DNA of 21,799 nucleotides from a virus: UHGV virus genome UHGV-1662791; one strand, 5' to 3'. Shown piece by piece: positions 16,418 to 21,799 of this stretch (position 1 is its first letter; each line of letters starts with the position of its first letter). The notes under the pieces were generated by a model. It saw only the letters and a program-made list of their open reading frames with translations, ran no database searches and was not told where the DNA came from. The position numbers and the translations under genes were made by a program.

Positions 16418-16439
16418 TCCCACTCCGGTGGGATTTTTT
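16418..16439 (+). terminator. Intrinsic terminator-like hairpin between tape measure and DNA-circulation genes
   Basis: TCCCAC / GTGGGA stem (16418-16423 and 16428-16433) with TCCG loop, followed by TTTTTT (16434-16439), 24 nt after the tape measure stop. Confidence 0.4.
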
Positions 16440-16454
16440 ATGTACGGAGTTTAT

Positions 16455-17783
16455 ATGACGTGGAAAGACAGACTTCAGGACGCGTCATTTCGCGGTGTGC
16501 CGTTTAAGGTTGAAGAAGAAAGTGCGGGAACCGGTCGTCGTGTGGAAACACATGAATACCCGAACCGCGACAAGCCCTATACCGAAGATCTGGGAAAAGT
16601 CACTTTCCGCCCGTCCATCACAGCTTATGTGGTGGGAGATGACTGCTTTGACCAGCGCGATCGCCTGATTGAAGCGCTGAATAAACCCGGTCCCGGCACG
16701 CTTGTCCACCCGACATATGGTGAGCTGAAAGTCTGTGTTGACGGGGAAGTTCGGGTCAGCACATCGAAAAGTGAAGGGCGTATTGTCCGCTTTGACCTGA
16801 AGTTTGTTGAAGCAGGAGAACTCTCTTACCCCACATCAGGTGCGGCGACGGCGCAGACGCTGATGTCATCCTGTTCTGCACTGGATGACTGCATCAGTGA
16901 CAGCTTCAGCGGTTTCAGTATCGATTGTGTGGCGGATTTCGTGCAGAACGACGTTATCGGTAATGCCAGCATAATGCTGGGGTATGTTTCTGATGCGATG
17001 AAAGTGGTGGATTCTGCCGTATCGGATGCCGCCAGGCTGTTACAGGGGGATATCTCGGTACTTCTGCCGCCGCCGTCGTCAGGCAAAAATTTCGTTGAGC
17101 AGGTGCAGAAAATGTGGCGTACCGGGAAACGCCTTTATGGTAACGCCAGCGACCTGGTCACCATGATCAAAACGCTTTCCGGTGTCAGCCTCGGCAGCGA
17201 TCTGCAACCGCGCGGCGTCTGGAAAACGGACAGTAAAACCACCGCCACGGCGACCCAGCAGCGTAACGTGGTTGCCAGCACCCTACGTACGACCGCAATC
17301 AGCGAAGCGGCGTATGCCGTCACCCGATTGCCTGCGCCAACAACTTCTGCGGTGATGCAGAATGCCGCAGTGGGGCAGTCAACAACACCCGCGCAGAGCT
17401 CCGGCTGGCCTTCCGTCACGCATCCGGCACTGAACAATGCACCGGCGGTGAAAAACACGGTTGACCTGCCAACGTGGGAAGAACTGACCGACATTCGCGA
17501 CACACTGAATACGGCAATTGATAAGGAGTTGTCCCGTACAACCAGTGATGCGCTGTTTCTGGCGCTGCGCCGGGTGAAAGCAGATCTGAATGCGGATATC
17601 AACACGCGCCTTGAACAGTCTGCTCGGATCATTCAGCGCACGCCGGATGAGGTTTTACCCGCGCTGGTACTGGCGGCGACCTGGTTTGATAACGCGGCGC
17701 GTGACGCGGACATTATCCGGCGTAATGCCATTACGCATCCCGGCTTTGTGCCGGTGATCCCTCTGAAGGTGCCAGTGCAATGA
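16455..17783 (+). CDS. DNA circulation protein (Mu N/gp43-like)
   Basis: From ATG 16455 (GGAG at 16446-16449): MTWKDRLQDASFRGVPFKV..., resembling recalled DNA-circulation N-terminal domains. The ORF track's 16413 start lacks an RBS and spans the hairpin. Confidence 0.85.
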   Translation: MTWKDRLQDASFRGVPFKVEEESAGTGRRVETHEYPNRDKPYTEDLGKVTFRPSITAYVVGDDCFDQRDRLIEALNKPGPGTLVHPTYGELKVCVDGEVRVSTSKSEGRIVRFDLKFVEAGELSYPTSGAATAQTLMSSCSALDDCISDSFSGFSIDCVADFVQNDVIGNASIMLGYVSDAMKVVDSAVSDAARLLQGDISVLLPPPSSGKNFVEQVQKMWRTGKRLYGNASDLVTMIKTLSGVSLGSDLQPRGVWKTDSKTTATATQQRNVVASTLRTTAISEAAYAVTRLPAPTTSAVMQNAAVGQSTTPAQSSGWPSVTHPALNNAPAVKNTVDLPTWEELTDIRDTLNTAIDKELSRTTSDALFLALRRVKADLNADINTRLEQSARIIQRTPDEVLPALVLAATWFDNAARDADIIRRNAITHPGFVPVIPLKVPVQ

Positions 17784-18859
17784 ACGACAATGTCACGCTA
17801 CGGGTAAATGGCCGGGAGTGGAATGGCTGGACATCGGTGCGCATCGGTGCCGGTATTGAACGGCTGGCGCGGGATTTCAGTGTGGAGATCACCCGCCAGT
17901 GGCCGGGAGATGAGGGTATCACCACGCTTCAGCCGCGCATTAAAAACGGTTCAAAAGTGGAAGTGCTGATTGGTGATGAGCTGGTGATCACCGGCTGGGT
18001 GGAGGCGACCCCCGTTCGTTACGATGCCCGTTCGGTCAGCACCGGTATTGCCGGACGCAGTCTGACCGCTGACCTGATTGACTGTGCAGCCGAACCGACA
18101 CAGTTTAACGGGCGATCGCTGGTACAGATTGCGCAGGCGCTTGCTGCGCCTTTCGGCATTGAGGTGGTGAACAGCGGTGCGCCGTCGGGTGTTATTCCTG
18201 ATGTCCAGCCTGATCACGGTGAAACGGTGATCGAGGTGATCAACAAAATACTCGGTCAGCAGCAGGCGCTGGCTTACGACGACCCGCACGGCAGGCTGGT
18301 GATTGGCGGTATTGGCTCAACGCGGGCACATACCGCGCTGGTACTCGGGGAAAACATCCTTTCCTGTGATACGGAGAAGAGTATCCGGGAGCGGTTTTCC
18401 GTTTACCAGGTGGCGGGGCAGCGTGCCGGAAATGACGATGATTTCGGTGAGGCCACCACCACCGCGCTGCGGGCCCGCACAGAGGACGCATTTATTGCCC
18501 GTTACCGTCCGATGTATATCAGGCAGACAGGGCAGGCTACGGGGGCAGGCTGTATTGCGCGTGCTGACTTTGAAGCCCGGCAACGGGCGGCGCGGACGGA
18601 TGAAACCACCTATGTGGTGCAGGGCTGGCGACAGGGTAACGGTACGCTGTGGCAGCCCAACCAGCGGGTGATTGTCTTTGATCCGGTCTGTGGTTTCGAC
18701 AATACCGAACTGCTTGTCTCGGAAGTCACGTTTACTCAGGACCAGAACGGCACCCTGACGGAAATCCGTGTCGGCCCGCCTGATGCTTATCTGCCTGAAC
18801 CCGAAGATCCCGGCGCGCGGAAAAAGAAAAAAGCCAGAGTACAGGAGGATCCGTTCTGA
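17780..18859 (+). CDS. Baseplate hub protein (Mu P/gp44-like, gpD-like)
   Basis: 359 aa; ATGA overlap with the upstream gene; order and size match the Mu-type baseplate block. Confidence 0.85.
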   Translation: MNDNVTLRVNGREWNGWTSVRIGAGIERLARDFSVEITRQWPGDEGITTLQPRIKNGSKVEVLIGDELVITGWVEATPVRYDARSVSTGIAGRSLTADLIDCAAEPTQFNGRSLVQIAQALAAPFGIEVVNSGAPSGVIPDVQPDHGETVIEVINKILGQQQALAYDDPHGRLVIGGIGSTRAHTALVLGENILSCDTEKSIRERFSVYQVAGQRAGNDDDFGEATTTALRARTEDAFIARYRPMYIRQTGQATGAGCIARADFEARQRAARTDETTYVVQGWRQGNGTLWQPNQRVIVFDPVCGFDNTELLVSEVTFTQDQNGTLTEIRVGPPDAYLPEPEDPGARKKKKARVQEDPF

Positions 18860-19407
18860 TGAGGACGATTGAAGCCATGCAGCGACAACTTCTCGGCCTG
18901 ATTGGGCGGGCAGTGGTGAAAAGCATCAGTGCCGCCACGAAATGTCAGACCGTGGATGTGTCCCTGATTGCCGGTGAACCCAAAGCAGGGGTTGAACATC
19001 TTGAACCCTACGGTTTTACCTCAAGGGCAAACAGCGGTGCGGAAGCGGTGGTGTTGTTTCCGGATGGCGACCGTTCTCATGCGGTGGTTGTTACGGTGTC
19101 GGACCGGCGCTACCGCCTGAAAGGGCTGCAGACGGGTGAGGTGGCTGTCTATGACGATCAGGGGCAGTCCGTGACGCTGACCCGGGAGGGGATCGTGGTG
19201 GACGGTGCAGGTAAAACGATCACGTTTCGCAATTCACCTAAAGCACGTTTTGAAATGGACCTGGAAGTGACAGGACAGGTGAAAGACCTGTGCGACTCCG
19301 GCGGCACCACCATGTCAGCGATGCGGCTTGCCTATAACGGGCATCGTCACAGAGAGAACGGTCAGGGCAGTAACACCGACAAACCTGATAAAGCGATGGA
19401 GGCATGA
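18859..19407 (+). CDS. Baseplate spike/assembly protein V (Mu gp45-like)
   Basis: 182 aa; synteny in the Mu-type baseplate block. Confidence 0.8.
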   Translation: MRTIEAMQRQLLGLIGRAVVKSISAATKCQTVDVSLIAGEPKAGVEHLEPYGFTSRANSGAEAVVLFPDGDRSHAVVVTVSDRRYRLKGLQTGEVAVYDDQGQSVTLTREGIVVDGAGKTITFRNSPKARFEMDLEVTGQVKDLCDSGGTTMSAMRLAYNGHRHRENGQGSNTDKPDKAMEA

Positions 19408-19832
19408 TGGAACTGTGGCTGACGGTGAACGGTAAACGCACCTGCGCCAGCGCACCGCTGGATCCGCTGACCCGCGCTGTGGTGATTTCCCTGTTTACCT
19501 GGCGGCGGGCGGAGCCTGATGACAACGCCGACGTCCCGATGGGATGGTGGGGGGATACCTGGCCTGCGGTACAGAATGACCGTTACGGCTCCCGACTGTG
19601 GCTGCTTCAGCGCAGCAAACTGACCAATCAGCTGGTGCAGACGGTAAGGGGGTATATCCGCGAATGCCTGCAATGGATGATTGATGACGGCGTGGTGTCC
19701 CGTATTGATCTGGATATCCGCCGCACCGGGATTAATGAACTGGGTAACAGTATCACTCTCTGGCGTCGTGACGGACCGGTAATGATTTCTTTTGATGATC
19801 TGTGGAGTGCGATAACGCATGGCGGACAGTGA
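19404..19832 (+). CDS. Mu gp46-family baseplate protein
   Basis: 142 aa; ATGATG overlap with the upstream gene; synteny. Confidence 0.8.
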   Translation: MMELWLTVNGKRTCASAPLDPLTRAVVISLFTWRRAEPDDNADVPMGWWGDTWPAVQNDRYGSRLWLLQRSKLTNQLVQTVRGYIRECLQWMIDDGVVSRIDLDIRRTGINELGNSITLWRRDGPVMISFDDLWSAITHGGQ

Positions 19833-20877
19833 ATTTCAGCGCCCGACGCTGGCAGAAAACATCAGTATGCTCCGTAACGATTTATTCGCCAGGCTGGACG
19901 TCAGCGACACGCTCCGGCGCATGGATGAAGACGTGCGGGCAAAGGTGTATGCGGCGGCGCTGCATACGGTTTACGGGTACATCGATTATCTGGCAATGAA
20001 TATGCTGCCTGACCTGTGCGATGAGTCCTGGCTGGCGCGACATGCTGCGATGAAACGGTGTCCGCGCAAGGGGGCCACGGCTGCCAGCGGGTATATGTGC
20101 TGGGAAGGTGTCAGCGATGGCCTGAAGGTGACTGCCGGGAGCGTGATTCAGCGCGATGACCTGGTTCAGTACACGGCAACTGCCGATGCAACCAGCTCCG
20201 GTGGTGTCCTACGTGTGCCGATCACTTGCTCAACTACAGGCGCGGTCGGTAACGCTGACGACGGTACGTCATTAATCCTGGTCACGCCGGTGAATGGTCT
20301 GCCGTCTTCCGGTGTTGCAGATACCCTGACTGGCGGATTCGATACTGAAGATCTGGAAACGTGGCGCGCCCGCGTCATTGAGCGGTATTACTGGACGCCG
20401 CAGGGCGGGGCTGACGGGGACTATGTCGTCTGGGCTAAAGAAGTGCCCGGCATTACCCGCGCATGGACATACCGTCACTGGATGGGAACGGGAACTGTCG
20501 GTGTGATGATTGCCAGCAGTGACCTGATTAATCCCATTCCGGAAGAATCAACGGAAACGGCGGCAAGACAACATATCGAGCCACTGGCCCCGGTGGCAGG
20601 CTCTGATTTGTATGTGTTCAGGCCGGTGGCACATACGGTGGATTTTCATATCCGCGTGACGCCGGACACACCGGAAATACGGGCTGCCATCACCGCGGAG
20701 TTGCGTTCGTTCCTGCTGCGTGATGGTTATCCGCAGGGAGAACTGAAGGTATCGCGTATCAGTGAGGCGATTTCCGGTGCGAACGGGGAATACAGCCATC
20801 AGTTGCTTGCACCGGCAGACAATATCTCCATTGCAAAAAATGAACTGGCGGTTCTGGGGACGATTTCATGGACGTGA
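19819..20877 (+). CDS. Baseplate J-like protein (Mu gp47-like)
   Basis: 352 aa; synteny, size and general resemblance to baseplate J proteins. Confidence 0.85.
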   Translation: MADSEFQRPTLAENISMLRNDLFARLDVSDTLRRMDEDVRAKVYAAALHTVYGYIDYLAMNMLPDLCDESWLARHAAMKRCPRKGATAASGYMCWEGVSDGLKVTAGSVIQRDDLVQYTATADATSSGGVLRVPITCSTTGAVGNADDGTSLILVTPVNGLPSSGVADTLTGGFDTEDLETWRARVIERYYWTPQGGADGDYVVWAKEVPGITRAWTYRHWMGTGTVGVMIASSDLINPIPEESTETAARQHIEPLAPVAGSDLYVFRPVAHTVDFHIRVTPDTPEIRAAITAELRSFLLRDGYPQGELKVSRISEAISGANGEYSHQLLAPADNISIAKNELAVLGTISWT

Positions 20878-21452
20878 CAAACGATGATTACATCCGTCTG
20901 TTGTCGGCACTGTTGCCCCCCGGTCCGGCGTGGTCAGCCAGCGATCCGGCGATTGCCGGTGCGGCACCGTCATTAACCCGTGTTCATCAGCGTGCGGATG
21001 CCCTGATGCGGGAGCTGGATCCGCGCACCACCACTGAACTGATAAACCGCTGGGAGCGTCTGTGCGGTCTGCCGGATGAATGTATTCCCGCAGGGACACA
21101 GACCCTTCGTCAGCGTCAGCAACGGCTGGATGCGAAGGTTAACCTGGCGGGCAGCATCAACGAGAATTTTTATCTTGCACAGCTTGCTGCCCTGGGCAGA
21201 CCAGATGCCAACATCACGCGATACGACAAAAGCACGTTCACCTGCTCATCGGTCTGTACTGACGCGGTGAATGCGCCGGAATGGCGGTATTACTGGCAGG
21301 TCAACATGCCAGCTGCCACCAACACCACCTGGATGACATGTGGCGATCCCTGTGATTCCGCACTGCGTATCTGGGGCGACACCGTTGTCGAGTGTGTGCT
21401 TAACAAACTCTGCCCGTCGCATACCTACGTAATTTTTAAATATCCGGAGTAA
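20868..21452 (+). CDS. Mu gp48-like tail protein (DUF2313, YmfQ-like)
   Basis: 194 aa; N-terminus [22 protein letters not shown] matches recalled YmfQ-family prophage tail proteins; lies between the J-like gene and the tail fibre. Confidence 0.8.
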   Translation: MDVTNDDYIRLLSALLPPGPAWSASDPAIAGAAPSLTRVHQRADALMRELDPRTTTELINRWERLCGLPDECIPAGTQTLRQRQQRLDAKVNLAGSINENFYLAQLAALGRPDANITRYDKSTFTCSSVCTDAVNAPEWRYYWQVNMPAATNTTWMTCGDPCDSALRIWGDTVVECVLNKLCPSHTYVIFKYPE

Positions 21453-21455
21453 TTC

Positions 21456-21799
21456 ATGCATCGTATAGACACGAAAACCGCGCAGAAGGATAAGTTCGGC
21501 GCGGGTAAGAACGGTTTTACCCGTGGTAACCCCCAGACCGGCACACCTGCCACCGATCTGGATGATGACTACTTTGACATGTTGCAGGAAGAACTTTGTA
21601 GCGTGGTAGAGGCCTCCGGTGCCAGCCTGGAGAAAGGGCGGCATGACCAGCTGCTTACCGCACTTCGTGCGCTGCTGTTAAGCCGCAAGAATCCGTTTGG
21701 CGATATCAAATCGGATGGCACTGTGCAAACGGCTCTCGAAAACCTTGGTTTGGGAGAAGGTGCTAACTGGGTTATGTTACCTGGAGGAATGATAATTCA
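21456..21799 (+). CDS. Tail fibre protein, N-terminal part (3' truncated by the window edge)
   Basis: Hand translation from ATG 21456 (GGAG at 21446-21449): [58 protein letters not shown]... is open to the window end; the F..LQEEL motif is typical of tail-fibre N-terminal baseplate-attachment domains. Confidence 0.7.
   Translation, partial: MHRIDTKTAQKDKFGAGKNGFTRGNPQTGTPATDLDDDYFDMLQEELCSVVEASGASLEKGRHDQLLTALRALLLSRKNPFGDIKSDGTVQTALENLGLGEGANWVMLPGGMII

Larger units (their letters stand above)
1..21799 (+). mobile_element. Prophage segment: lambdoid regulation/lysis genes plus HK97-like head and Mu-like contractile tail morphogenesis operon
   Basis: Uninterrupted co-directional run of recognisable phage late genes (RusA, holin/endolysin/spanins, terminase, portal, protease, capsid, sheath, tube, tape measure, baseplate) read from the ORF translations; no host housekeeping genes in the window. 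Confidence 0.9.

Noticed and set aside
1-21799. CRISPR arrays, IS elements, integrase/attachment sites, toxin-antitoxin or defence-system gene pairs
   Set aside because: No regularly spaced direct repeats, no transposase-like or recombinase-like ORFs, and no unexplained gene pairs; every gap larger than 100 bp is accounted for above.

Overview
This 21.8 kb window is one contiguous segment of a lambdoid prophage with an HK97-type head and a Mu-type contractile tail (the SfV-like myovirus pattern found in Escherichia/Shigella prophages). From left to right: the end of the nin region (NinE-like, YbcO-like, RusA, a YlcG-like micro-ORF), a Q-like late regulator, a PR'/tR'-like promoter-terminator pair, and a lysis cassette (non-lambda holin, lambda-type R endolysin, Rz with embedded Rz1). 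The lysogenic-conversion lipoprotein gene bor sits on the opposite strand. Then follow HNH endonuclease, small and large terminase, portal, prohead protease, major capsid and head-tail connector genes, and a Mu-like tail module (sheath, tube, frameshifting chaperone, tape measure, DNA-circulation protein, baseplate gp44-gp48 homologues), ending in a tail-fibre gene cut by the window edge. Apart from bor and one speculative peptide, everything is on the + strand with tight or overlapping gene junctions. I found no rRNA, tRNA, CRISPR array, IS element or integrase here. I do not see a convincing novel multi-gene system: the window is largely a canonical late operon, and the items worth a second look are a programmed -1 frameshift site, unannotated small ORFs, a probable cos region, a perfect palindrome and a Q-like regulator of unrecognised family. 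All identities come from reading the supplied translations and from recalled family signatures; no search or alignment was run, so named homologies are to be verified.
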